From assembly GCA_035297005.1 (NCBI GenBank), contig DATGZW010000325.1, positions 1-26,565 of the forward strand: a stretch of 26,565 nt of DNA, read 5' to 3'. Made by a program: the position numbers and the translations under genes. The notes under the pieces are model-generated. The model was not told the DNA's origin. It ran no database searches and was given only the letters and a program-made list of their open reading frames with translations. Origin of the DNA: Patescibacteria group bacterium. Its GTDB lineage: Bacteria; Pseudomonadota; Alphaproteobacteria; Rhodospirillales; Magnetospirillaceae. The stretch's first letter is position 1. Each line of letters begins with the position of its first letter. Positions 1 through 9,111 of this stretch are shown piece after piece.

Positions 1-1
1 G

Positions 2-112
2 GCGGTCGACCGCGCCGACCAATTGCTGGGCGAACTGAAAGCCGCCGGAAAACTCGACCTGGCCACCCTCATCGTCGCCAGCCACCAGTTCCGCGGCCTC
101 ACCGAAGGGTAA
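2..112 (+). CDS. 3' end (partial) of an upstream gene, probably large NAD-specific glutamate dehydrogenase
   Basis: Frame 2 is open from the window edge to TAA at 110-112 and reads AVDRADQLLGELKAAGKLDLATLIVASHQFRGLTEG*. This resembles the C-terminal 'L.EL.A.G..DLA.L.VA..QLR.L' tail I recall for large bacterial NAD-GDHs. Only 36 codons are visible. Confidence 0.5.
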   Translation, partial: AVDRADQLLGELKAAGKLDLATLIVASHQFRGLTEG

Positions 113-118
113 GGGAGC

Positions 119-1063
119 TTGAGTTTGAGCGTTCAGCCGGGCCGCAAGGCCATCATCTGCACCGCAGCCGATCGCGGCTATTTCGGCCTGCTGGCGGGAT
201 TGGTGGAATCGGTCAAGGCCGGATCCTTTTCCCGGACGCTGGATCTCGGCATCCTCGATCTGGGTTTGGACGAGGAGCAAAAAGACTGGCTGCGGGCGCG
301 CGGCGCGGTGTTGGTCGAACCCGGTTGGGATGTCGATTTCCCGCAGCGCGACCGCGTGCCGTCGCATTACCGGGCGATGGCGGCGCGGCCGCATCTGCCG
401 AAATATTTCCCCGACCACGACGTCATCCTGTGGATCGACGCCGACGCCTGGATTCAGGACGACAGCGTGCTGCCGTATTTCCTGCGCGCCGCCGAACAGG
501 GAAAGATCGCCATCGTCCCCGAATTCGACCGGGGCTATTGGACGCTGTACAAGCCGCCCAAATTATGGGGGCAGAACCAGAAGGCCTTCGCCTGGAGCTA
601 CGGGCTTAAGGCCGGCTATCGCTATGGCCGCAACCCCATCCTCAATTGCGGGGTGTTCGCCCTGGCCACCCACGCGCCGCATTGGGCGCTATGGGCCGAG
701 GCGCATCGCCAAGCGCTGTGCCGCCAGCGACGCGGTACCATGGTCGGCAATTTCAACTTCTTTCTGTCCGAGCAAACCGCCATCAACCATGTGGTGTTCG
801 CTGGTAAGCAGCCCTATTCACTGCTGCCGGCGACCTGCAACTGGTTCTGCGGCAAGGGGACGCCGCAATGGGATGCCGAGCGGCGGATGGTGGTTGAAGC
901 GCATGAGCCGCATGCGCCGCTGGCGATCATCCATCTGGCCGGCAAGGGTATGAAGGACCGCGTGTGGACCTTGGACAGCATGCAGGGCGGCCAAGTGACC
1001 ACCCTTCTGACCTATGAGGCGGTGACGGCCCTGCGCGCCCAGGCGCTTACCGCCGCCGAGTAA
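119..1063 (+). CDS. GT-A fold glycosyltransferase, GT8-like / nucleotide-diphospho-sugar transferase (314 aa)
   Basis: TTG start with AAGGGAG upstream. DxD motif (WIDADAW) followed by NCGVF, EQTAIN, CNW and IIHLAG in the order typical of GT8-like enzymes. Confidence 0.7.
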   Translation: MSLSVQPGRKAIICTAADRGYFGLLAGLVESVKAGSFSRTLDLGILDLGLDEEQKDWLRARGAVLVEPGWDVDFPQRDRVPSHYRAMAARPHLPKYFPDHDVILWIDADAWIQDDSVLPYFLRAAEQGKIAIVPEFDRGYWTLYKPPKLWGQNQKAFAWSYGLKAGYRYGRNPILNCGVFALATHAPHWALWAEAHRQALCRQRRGTMVGNFNFFLSEQTAINHVVFAGKQPYSLLPATCNWFCGKGTPQWDAERRMVVEAHEPHAPLAIIHLAGKGMKDRVWTLDSMQGGQVTTLLTYEAVTALRAQALTAAE

Positions 1064-2003
1064 ACCAAGCGACGGTCTGGGCCAAGCCGTCGTCGAGGCG
1101 CACCGGCGGCACCCAGCCCAGGTTGTCGCGGATCACCGAGGCGTCCACCTGCAACGAACCGGTCAGGCGGTCGATGGCGCCCGACCGTCCTGTCAGCCGC
1201 CCCAGCAGCCGCAACAGCGCCACCGGCACGGGGATCAGGCGGGCGGGGCGGTTCATGGCGCGGGCGATGCGGCGGACTAATTCCGCTGTCGAAACGTCCT
1301 CGCCATCCGCCAGCAGATAAGTGCCGCACCGTCCCGCCGCCTGCTTCTGGAGTACGCAGGCTACCGAATCCGCCAGATTATCCACATGAATCAAGCTGCG
1401 GCGGTTGTCGATGGCCCCCAGCGGCAGCGGCAGGCCGCGTTGCACCGCTTTGAGCAAGGTGCGGAAATTGCCGCCGACTCCCGCCCCATAGACCAGCGGT
1501 GGACGCAGGATGGCGATGGTCAGTCCGGTGGCATGGGTGATTTCGCGCAAGCCGGTTTCGGCCTCGGCCTTGCTTTGGCCGTAGGGATCGAGCGGCGCGG
1601 CGGAATCGTCGGCGCGGAACGGTTGTTCGGGCGCGGTGGCCTCGCCGTTGACCTTGATGCTGCTGACGAACACCAGCCGCTGAACCCCTAGCCGCGCCGC
1701 TTCGCGGGCCAGATGCAGGGTGCCTTCGGTATTGGTGCGGCGGAACTCGCTCAGCGGATCGGCGGCGGTGTCGGCCATGACATGGACGCGGGCGGCGAGG
1801 TGGATAACGGCGTCGATGCCGGTCAAAGCCTCGGCCCAGCGGGTGTCGGGGCCAAGCGATTCGACCAGCCGCTGTTGCACGCCCGGCACCAACTCGGCGT
1901 CAGGACGGCGCACCGCGCCGATAACGGCATGGCCTTGCGCCAACAAGCGGCGGCAGACGGCGGCGCCGACGAATCCGTTGGCTCCGGTGACCAGAACGTT
2001 CAT
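1047..2003 (-). CDS. NAD-dependent epimerase/dehydratase (extended SDR), WbpV/UDP-sugar 4-reductase-like (318 aa)
   Basis: VTGANGFVG Rossmann motif, HLAARVHVM, FVSSIKVNGE and YGQSK (YxxxK). Its start overlaps the stop of the upstream transferase (ATGA). Confidence 0.9.
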   Translation of the reverse strand: MNVLVTGANGFVGAAVCRRLLAQGHAVIGAVRRPDAELVPGVQQRLVESLGPDTRWAEALTGIDAVIHLAARVHVMADTAADPLSEFRRTNTEGTLHLAREAARLGVQRLVFVSSIKVNGEATAPEQPFRADDSAAPLDPYGQSKAEAETGLREITHATGLTIAILRPPLVYGAGVGGNFRTLLKAVQRGLPLPLGAIDNRRSLIHVDNLADSVACVLQKQAAGRCGTYLLADGEDVSTAELVRRIARAMNRPARLIPVPVALLRLLGRLTGRSGAIDRLTGSLQVDASVIRDNLGWVPPVRLDDGLAQTVAWFTRRR

Positions 2004-2989
2004 GGCGCGGTCTCCTTGCCCAGACGGGCCAGGGTGGTCAGCAGGACGGCGACAGTGACGGCGGTTCCGGCCAGCGCCACGGCGGGGCGATGGAGCGCCA
2101 GCACGGCCAAGGCGATCAACAGGATGTTCTCGCCGAGGATCAACAGCGCCACGTGGTCATGGCGGACGCGGCCGCCACGCAAAGCCTGTTGATAGAAATG
2201 TTGGCGATGCGCCTGCCAAACCTTCTCGCCGCGCACCGCCCGCCGGCCCAGGGTGATGGTGGCGTCGGCCAGATAATAGGCCGGCAGAATCAATGCCGCC
2301 GCTAAATGACCGTCGGCGGCGGCGTTCAGCAGCAGCCAACCCAGCGCGTAACCCAGCGGCACGCTGCCGGAATCGCCCAGAAAGATCTTCGCCGGGTGCC
2401 AGTTGAACACCAGGAATCCCAAAGCGGCGGCGACCAGCACGGCGGCTAGGGGCGCGCCCGTGCCGCCGGTCATCAGCGCCAGCACCACCAAACCACCGCC
2501 GATGGAGGCGGTCTCGACCCCGGTGATGCCGTCGATGCCGTCCATGAAATTGTACAGATTGAGGAACCACACCCAGCCGATGACGGCGGCGGTGCGGTCG
2601 GCCCACAGCGGCAGCAGGCCTTGGAACACCAGCCGATCCCCCGGCAAAGCGAGGATGCCGATGATGGCGACGCCCAGATGTACGCTTAGCCGCAGCCGTG
2701 GCGACAATCCGTTCTTGTCGTCGATCCATGACAGCGCCAGCAAGGCGGCGGCTCCACCGATGACCGGCCACACGGCGGCAGAGACAACACCGGTCGCCGC
2801 CAGCACCGCCCAACTGGCCAGCACCACCGGAGCGATGGCCAAGCCGCCGCCGCGCGGAGTCGGCTGGCTGTGGCTGGAGCGCTCGTTCGGATGATCGAGA
2901 ATGCGCTTATGCCGCAGCCACGCCAGCACGGCGCGGGTGGCGAGGATCGATAGCGGCAAGGTCAGGAAAAAGGCGAGGATGGTCGGCAT
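2000..2989 (-). CDS. MraY/WecA/WbpL-family undecaprenyl-phosphate HexNAc-1-phosphate transferase (329 aa)
   Basis: Polytopic hydrophobic protein with family motifs D.PN.RSSH..PTPRGGG, WIDD, NLYNFMDGIDG, IFLGDSGS and AHRQHFYQ. Confidence 0.92.
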   Translation of the reverse strand: MPTILAFFLTLPLSILATRAVLAWLRHKRILDHPNERSSHSQPTPRGGGLAIAPVVLASWAVLAATGVVSAAVWPVIGGAAALLALSWIDDKNGLSPRLRLSVHLGVAIIGILALPGDRLVFQGLLPLWADRTAAVIGWVWFLNLYNFMDGIDGITGVETASIGGGLVVLALMTGGTGAPLAAVLVAAALGFLVFNWHPAKIFLGDSGSVPLGYALGWLLLNAAADGHLAAALILPAYYLADATITLGRRAVRGEKVWQAHRQHFYQQALRGGRVRHDHVALLILGENILLIALAVLALHRPAVALAGTAVTVAVLLTTLARLGKETAP

Positions 2990-3044
2990 GGGGATCCCAG
3001 GTCTAAGACCGCTCCGCCGGAACGATCATTCGGCAAGCGGCCGG

Positions 3045-4766
3045 TCAGGCCAGGCGCACGGTGATTTGTCCGCGCCAGGGCAGGTTGGCTTTGGGGCTGA
3101 CGAATTCGATGACCTGGACCGGAACCCGTCCGCCTTCCGCCGTGCTGCGGCTGCCGACGCCCAGAATTGCCGGCATGCCGCCATCGACGATCAACCGCAA
3201 ACTATCGGGGCCGGTCAGCAGCACGGTGCCGTCTTCTTGCAGGCTGGCGGACAGCGGCGTGACCAGCCGGCGCACCAGTTCGAAGCGCCCGGTGCCTTTG
3301 AGGAAATCGTCGATGACCAGCGAGTCGTCGGTGAAACGCCAGCCGCGCACACATTCGCCGGGTCCACCCAGGCGGGAAAAGCCGTGAAAAACCAGCGAAG
3401 CGCCGTCGAACTCGGCGCGCAGGCGGGGCGGCGGTCCGGCGATGTCGCGGCGGAAGGCGGCATTATAGAACGAGCGCGAGGGCGGATAGGGGCTGCGGCC
3501 ATTGAGCTGCAAGCCGTTATGCACGGCGGCTGACCGGTACAGCCCCGCCGCCTTGGCATCGCCGTTGCCGGGATCGACGAAGATCGGAATGCCTTCGTAA
3601 TGAAGGTCGAAGCTGGCGATATCCTGGTGACCATGGCCGGGGCAGAACGGCCACCCCTCGACGGCGGCATGCCACAACCCCGCCCAGCGGCGAAGATCGA
3701 CGCGCAGCCAGCCATCGGCGCGCAAGCTTTCCAGGTCGCACAGCGGGCGGCTGTCGCGCAAGGCGGCCAGGGCGGCGCGGTCGTCGGCATTCAGAGTGGC
3801 GGTCCAGCCGTGGTCGAGCGGGGCATCGCGGTGCAAACCGGTCAGCAAAGCCGGGGCGTCGCCCGGCAGCACATCGCCGACCAGCGGCATGCCGCCGGGC
3901 AAGGTCAGCGCCGGAATGACCGCCAGCAGGCGGCCAGCCAGGGCTTGCAGGAGTCCCGCCTCGGTGCGGTTCCGCCGCCGCGCCGCCAGCCAGGCATCGA
4001 CGACGGCGCGCGTATATAAGAGATGGGCGTGGCTGGAATCCTCGCGCAGTACCCCGGAGGGCGTCACCAGCCGTTTGGCTTCCTCGGTGATGACAGTCAG
4101 GCCGAGCCGCGCGGTGTGCTCCATCCCCAAGTCCAGGCCCAGACGATAGAGCGCATGGCCTTGTGCGGCCAGACTGCTGGAGGTTGCGTGCGGCCCCCAA
4201 TAGTCCAAATGGGCGATCAGGAACGCCGCATGCGCCGCCAATACCTTAAGGCTTTGCGCGCGCGGGCCGGGCAGGCCATGACGGCGGGTAACGTCAAGGA
4301 TGGCGGCAACGCGCGCGGCGGCGACGTCCGGCGCCCATACCGGCGATTCCATGTCGATGTCGCCATGGTGGGCGCACCACGCCTGCCATAACGCGCCGAT
4401 CCAGGCGGGGCCGATGTCGGCCTGGCCGACCCAGGCGAAGCCATGCGCGGCGGCCATCGCCGCCGGATCGTCGAAGCCGCGGTCGAACAGGCGGTCGAGC
4501 GTGGTGGCTTCCAATTCGACGGTTTGCGCGCCCAGATGCAGGCCGACCCGACCTTGCGGCGCCGTCTGCGGCAGATCGGCCAGCCCGACCGGCTGGGGCT
4601 GCTCGTCCTCGGCGGCGGGCAGGTCGTCAAGATAGGGTGGATGGTGGGGAACCACCTCTTCGGTCTCGGCCTCCGGCCAGCGGTTGCGCAAACGCCCCCA
4701 GATCCAGCGGCGCAATACCGAGTCGGCAAAGAAATGGCGGGTTTTGTGGCAATGGGAAGGAGGCAT
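3045..4766 (-). CDS. Heparinase II/III-like protein (573 aa; start uncertain)
   Basis: GHGHQDIASF, IFVDPG and YRSAAVHN match the Hepar_II_III C-terminal signature (H.H.D..SF, VDPG, R...HN). The N-terminal half looks helical/toroid-like. SD is weak. Confidence 0.78.
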   Translation of the reverse strand: MPPSHCHKTRHFFADSVLRRWIWGRLRNRWPEAETEEVVPHHPPYLDDLPAAEDEQPQPVGLADLPQTAPQGRVGLHLGAQTVELEATTLDRLFDRGFDDPAAMAAAHGFAWVGQADIGPAWIGALWQAWCAHHGDIDMESPVWAPDVAAARVAAILDVTRRHGLPGPRAQSLKVLAAHAAFLIAHLDYWGPHATSSSLAAQGHALYRLGLDLGMEHTARLGLTVITEEAKRLVTPSGVLREDSSHAHLLYTRAVVDAWLAARRRNRTEAGLLQALAGRLLAVIPALTLPGGMPLVGDVLPGDAPALLTGLHRDAPLDHGWTATLNADDRAALAALRDSRPLCDLESLRADGWLRVDLRRWAGLWHAAVEGWPFCPGHGHQDIASFDLHYEGIPIFVDPGNGDAKAAGLYRSAAVHNGLQLNGRSPYPPSRSFYNAAFRRDIAGPPPRLRAEFDGASLVFHGFSRLGGPGECVRGWRFTDDSLVIDDFLKGTGRFELVRRLVTPLSASLQEDGTVLLTGPDSLRLIVDGGMPAILGVGSRSTAEGGRVPVQVIEFVSPKANLPWRGQITVRLA

Positions 4767-4945
4767 CCCGATGGTCCGTTCTTGTTTAGGGTGCGCGGCG
4801 GCGCCCCGTTGCCAGCACCTTAGCCCCGCCCTTCCGCAAGCGTCAATCGGCGCTGGCGGTCCCTGGCGGCGGGGGGCAAATTCCTTGCGCCGCCGCTGTC
4901 GTTCCGGTAAGCCAGCGAAGACTTCCGCGAGGGGGATTCCTGAAA

Positions 4946-5662
4946 ATGACCGTCAGTACGCTTTCGATCGTCATTCCTTGCTACAACGAAGCCGCCACCT
5001 TGGAGAATATCGTTGTTCGCGTGCTGGCCGCCGACATCTGCGGATTGCGGCTTGATCTGCTGATTGTCGATGACGGCTCCACCGACGGCTCGGTGGCGGT
5101 GGCGCGGCGGCTGGCCGCCATCCATCCCTCGATCAGGTTGTTCGAACACGCCGTCAACAGGGGCAAGGGCGCGGCGTTGCGCACCGGGTTCGCGGCGGCG
5201 ACCGGCGATGTGGTGCTGGTGCAGGATGCCGACCTTGAATATAACCCGAAAGAGTACCCTCGCCTGCTTGGCCCGATTCTCGATGGCCGCGCCGATGTGG
5301 TCTATGGCTCGCGGTTCCGCGGCGGGCTGGAGGTGCGGGTGCTGTATTTCTGGCACAGCCTGGGCAATGGCCTGCTGACGCTATTGTCCAACGTCTTCTC
5401 GAATCTCAATCTCACCGACATGGAAACTTGCTACAAGGTGTTCCGCCGCGAGGTGATTCAAGCCGTCGCCATCCAGGAAGACCGCTTTGGTTTCGAGCCC
5501 GAAATAACCGCCAAGGTGGCTCATCTGCCCGGTCACCCCCGGATTTACGAAGTTGGTATCAGCTATGACGGACGCACTTATGGCGAGGGCAAGAAAATCA
5601 GTTGGAAAGATGGCATCCGCGCCATCTGGTGCATCCTGCGCTACAACCTGCTCCGCTCCTGA
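4946..5662 (+). CDS. GT2 family glycosyltransferase, DPM1/polyprenol-phosphate glycosyltransferase-like (238 aa)
   Basis: [30 protein letters not shown] (DxD), [13 protein letters not shown] and FGFEPEIT motifs. GAGGGGG lies upstream. Confidence 0.9.
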   Translation: MTVSTLSIVIPCYNEAATLENIVVRVLAADICGLRLDLLIVDDGSTDGSVAVARRLAAIHPSIRLFEHAVNRGKGAALRTGFAAATGDVVLVQDADLEYNPKEYPRLLGPILDGRADVVYGSRFRGGLEVRVLYFWHSLGNGLLTLLSNVFSNLNLTDMETCYKVFRREVIQAVAIQEDRFGFEPEITAKVAHLPGHPRIYEVGISYDGRTYGEGKKISWKDGIRAIWCILRYNLLRS

Positions 5663-5698
5663 GCCTGTCCATCCGGCGCGCATGATGGGTATGAACGA

Positions 5699-6991
5699 AT
5701 GAACGACGATATCTCTCTTTCCTCCGCCGCCGCCTCCGCCTCTGTCTCGGTCCTGTCCTCCGGTCCGTTGGCGCGCCCCTCGCGCGCCGCCGTGGTTCTG
5801 GCCTTGGCCTTGGGTTTGGCGCCGGCCTTGGCGCTGAGCAGCGCCTTGGCGATGGCGCCGCTATTGGCGCTGACGGCGGTGGCCATGCTGGCGGCGAATG
5901 GCTGGCGGCGTCCGGTCTTGGTGTCGACGCGCGCCCAGGCGGTGCTATTGCTGGCGCTGTTGGCCTGGGCGGCGGTAACCAGCCGGTGGTCGCTGGATGA
6001 GACCTTTGCCGGACGCAACATCGCCATGCTGATCGGCACCGTGCTCGGCGGGGTGATCGTCCAGGCCGAGGCCCGGCGTCTTGACGAGGCGGGGCTGGCT
6101 CTGGTGGTGCGGGCGCTGAGCCTGGGGTTGCTGGTGGTGGTTCCGGCGATGCTGTTCTGCGGCATTCTGGAACAGATGCATGTGCTGGATACCGAAACCA
6201 CGCAAAAGGTCATCGAGGCGGTGGTGCAGCGGATGAATCGCGGCAGCACCGTCTGCGCCATGCTGCTGTGGGTGGCGGCTTTGGGGCAGGTCCGGTTCGG
6301 CCGGCCCCGGCGAGCCGTCGCTCTGGTGCTGGTGGTGCTGGTCGGGGTGGTGGCGACTCATGATCTGGCAGCCAAGTTGGCCATTGTCGGCGGTGTTGGC
6401 GTTTGGGCGGTGGCCCGGCTGACACCCCGCCTCGCCGCCGCCGGCTTGGGCGTGCTGATGCTGACGGTGGTCCTGCTGGCGCCCTTGGCGGCGTTGCATC
6501 TGCCGCCCCCACGTGACAGCATCTATATCAGCTGGCTGCCGCGTTCCGGGCATCACCGGATGACCATCTGGAGCTTTACCGCGCAGCGTATCGCCGAAAA
6601 GCCGCTGCTCGGTTGGGGGCTGGATTCATCGCGGGCAATCCCCGGCGCCAAGGACGAAATCTTTCTGATCGACCGCGCCGGCAAGCTTTTCAGCGAGGCC
6701 ATGCTGCCGTTGCATCCGCATAACGCCGCACTACAGATATGGCTTGAGCTGGGCGGCATCGGCGCTGGATTGGTGGCGCTGTGTCTGGTGACGTTACCCA
6801 ACAGTCTGGCCCGTGGCACGGCGTCGCGGAACGCCAAGGCCTTTGGCGCGGCGCTGCTGTTCGGCGGCTTCTTGATCGCCTCGGTGTCGTATGGCGTCTG
6901 GCAAAGCTGGTGGCTGTCCACGGTGTGGCTGGCCGTCGCCGGTCTGGGTGCTCTGAGCCAAGCCGCCAAGGATGCCCGCGCCCCGCTCTGA
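5699..6991 (+). CDS. O-antigen ligase family (Wzy_C) membrane protein (430 aa)
   Basis: About 10-12 hydrophobic segments, a periplasmic loop with HRMTIW...KPLLGWG, and the signature HPHNAALQIWLELG. Confidence 0.82.
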   Translation: MNDDISLSSAAASASVSVLSSGPLARPSRAAVVLALALGLAPALALSSALAMAPLLALTAVAMLAANGWRRPVLVSTRAQAVLLLALLAWAAVTSRWSLDETFAGRNIAMLIGTVLGGVIVQAEARRLDEAGLALVVRALSLGLLVVVPAMLFCGILEQMHVLDTETTQKVIEAVVQRMNRGSTVCAMLLWVAALGQVRFGRPRRAVALVLVVLVGVVATHDLAAKLAIVGGVGVWAVARLTPRLAAAGLGVLMLTVVLLAPLAALHLPPPRDSIYISWLPRSGHHRMTIWSFTAQRIAEKPLLGWGLDSSRAIPGAKDEIFLIDRAGKLFSEAMLPLHPHNAALQIWLELGGIGAGLVALCLVTLPNSLARGTASRNAKAFGAALLFGGFLIASVSYGVWQSWWLSTVWLAVAGLGALSQAAKDARAPL

Positions 6992-7020
6992 GCGGGGCCG
7001 CACCCGACTGTTCGTAGCCT

Positions 7021-7049
7021 TGGACAACCTCGTTGGCCTGGGCTAAGGT
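7021..7049 (+). promoter_or_regulatory. Putative sigma70-type promoter for the capD-like gene
   Basis: TGGACA (7021-7026), 17 nt, then TAAGGT (7044-7049) preceded by GC as in alphaproteobacterial GCTA -10 boxes. Pattern match only. Confidence 0.4.
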
Positions 7050-7058
7050 CCGAGCCCG

Positions 7059-8975
7059 ATGATGACTAAACTGCGAATCACCCGCGCCCAGATTGCCTTC
7101 CTCCATGACGTGATCATGGCGGCGCTGTCATTCCTATTGGCGCTGTGGTTGCGCCTGGGCGATGGTCTGGTCGAAACCTGGGATGGCGAGCGTCTGCTCT
7201 GGGCCACCGGCCTGTTTACCGGGGTGGCGGCGGCAGTGTTTCTGTCGCAGCGTCTGTATCGCGGTATCTGGCGTTACGCCTCCACCAACGATCTGATGGC
7301 GCTGACCCGCGCGGCGACGCTGACCATCCTGGTATTTCTGCCGCTGCTGTTCCTGTTCAACCGCTTGAACGATCTGCCGCGTTCAACCCTGCTGATCAAC
7401 TGGTTCGCCTTGCTGGCCTTGCTGGGTGGTCCGCGCTTTCTCTATCGCATGTTCAAAGACCGCAGCCTTGGCGCCAAGGCTGATGGCGAGGGCGGGCGGC
7501 GCATTCCGGTGTTGCTGGTCGGCGCTGGCGATGCCGCGGATCTGTTCATCCGCGCCACCATGCGCGGTGATTCCCAGTACCGTGTGGTGGGGCTGCTGAC
7601 CGCCAAACAGAATCGCGTCGGCATGAACCTGCACGGCGTGTCGGTGTTGGGCATGCTGGAAGACATCGAAGCGGTGGTCGTCGGACTGGAGAGCCGGGGC
7701 CAGGCACCCGAGCGGCTGATTGTCACCCATGACGGCTTCCAGGGCGCGGCGGTGCGCCATCTGCTTGATCTGGCCGACGCGCAAGGCATGACGTTGGCCC
7801 GCCTGCCCAAGCTGACCGACCTGAAAAGCGGCATGACCGACAAGCTGGAGGTCAAGCCCATCGATGTCGAGGATCTGCTTGGCCGTCCGCAGGCGGTGCT
7901 TGACCGCGCCGCCATGCGCAATCTGGTCGCCGGCCGAAGGGTGCTGATCACCGGGGCTGGCGGCAGCATCGGCAGCGAGCTGGTGCGGCAAATCAGCGAT
8001 TGCGGCCCGGCGGCGTTGATCCTGTTGGAAAGCAGCGAGTTCGCCCTCTATTCCATCGACATGGAAATCGCGATGCGCCATCCCGAACAGCCGCGCATCG
8101 CGCTGATTGCCGATGTGCGCGACCGCAGCCGCATCAATCAGGTGATGCAGACCCATGCGCCGGAACTGGTGTTCCATGCCGCCGCGCTCAAGCATGTGCC
8201 GATGGTCGAGATCAATCCCATCGAAGGCGCGCTGACCAACGCGGTGGGCACCCGCATCGTCGCCGACGCCGCCCGCGCGCATGGCGTCAAGCTGATGGTG
8301 CTGATTTCCACCGACAAGGCGGTGAATCCGACCAATGTGATGGGATCGACCAAGCGCATGGCCGAAACCTATTGTCAGGCGCTGGACATGCTGACCGCGC
8401 CGGGACAGGGTACCCGCTATGTCACCGTTCGCTTCGGCAATGTGCTGGGTTCGACCGGTTCGGTGGTGCCGCTGTTCCAGAAGCAATTGGCCAAGGGCGG
8501 GCCGATCACCATCACCCATCCCGACATGACCCGCTATTTCATGACCATCCGCGAAGCGGTCGAACTGGTCCTGCAAGCCTCGGCGCTGGGCTTCGGCAAT
8601 CCGGCCAGCTACCAGGGCCGCATCTTCGTGCTCGACATGAACGAGCCGGTGAAGATCGTCCATCTGGCCCGCCAGATGATCCGCCTGGCTGGCTTGCGCC
8701 CTGACGAGGACATCAAGATCAGCTTCACCGGCCTGCGCCCCGGCGAGAAATTGTTCGAGGAAATTTTCCATGGGGCCGAAGCGCCGGTGCCGACCGAAGC
8801 CGACGGCATCCTGGTCGCCTCGGTGCGGGCCAATGACGCCGCCGAGATCGGCGCTCAGCTCGACCGGCTGGAAACCGCCTGCCGCGCCCTTGATCTGGAT
8901 GGGGTGCTTGGCGTCATCCATACCCTGGTGCCCGAATATTCGGGCACGCCGGGAAAAGCCATTCTGCCGGTCTGA
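7059..8975 (+). CDS. Polysaccharide biosynthesis protein CapD/WbpM/PglF-like UDP-GlcNAc 4,6-dehydratase (638 aa)
   Basis: Four N-terminal TM helices with YRGIWRYAS, then [65 protein letters not shown] and GLRPGEKL. Confidence 0.95.
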   Translation: MMTKLRITRAQIAFLHDVIMAALSFLLALWLRLGDGLVETWDGERLLWATGLFTGVAAAVFLSQRLYRGIWRYASTNDLMALTRAATLTILVFLPLLFLFNRLNDLPRSTLLINWFALLALLGGPRFLYRMFKDRSLGAKADGEGGRRIPVLLVGAGDAADLFIRATMRGDSQYRVVGLLTAKQNRVGMNLHGVSVLGMLEDIEAVVVGLESRGQAPERLIVTHDGFQGAAVRHLLDLADAQGMTLARLPKLTDLKSGMTDKLEVKPIDVEDLLGRPQAVLDRAAMRNLVAGRRVLITGAGGSIGSELVRQISDCGPAALILLESSEFALYSIDMEIAMRHPEQPRIALIADVRDRSRINQVMQTHAPELVFHAAALKHVPMVEINPIEGALTNAVGTRIVADAARAHGVKLMVLISTDKAVNPTNVMGSTKRMAETYCQALDMLTAPGQGTRYVTVRFGNVLGSTGSVVPLFQKQLAKGGPITITHPDMTRYFMTIREAVELVLQASALGFGNPASYQGRIFVLDMNEPVKIVHLARQMIRLAGLRPDEDIKISFTGLRPGEKLFEEIFHGAEAPVPTEADGILVASVRANDAAEIGAQLDRLETACRALDLDGVLGVIHTLVPEYSGTPGKAILPV

Positions 8976-8990
8976 AGACCTGACCTGCGC

Positions 8991-9041
8991 CGAACGAACG
9001 CCTTTCCGCGCAGGAAGCTGCTGCGCGGGCGGCGTGGTTCG
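8991..9041. other. Extended imperfect stem-loop between the capD-like gene and purH
   Basis: cgaac..acgcc-ttt-ccgcgcag [gaagctg] ctgcgcgg-gc-ggcgt..gttcg: an 8-bp perfect inner stem with two outer stems and no U-tract. Confidence 0.45.
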
Positions 9042-9111
9042 TGTTATACCGCGCTCGCAATCATCCATATCTCGCAACACACCGCAATTTTCCTTGGGGG
9101 AGTTCTTTCTC

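Noticed and set aside
8976-9111. ZTP (pfl) riboswitch or SRP RNA upstream of purH
   Set aside because: The GACUGGCG/GUGG-CCAC/GCCUGGGC core is absent. The GCAGGAAGC stretch lacks the rest of the SRP domain IV consensus.
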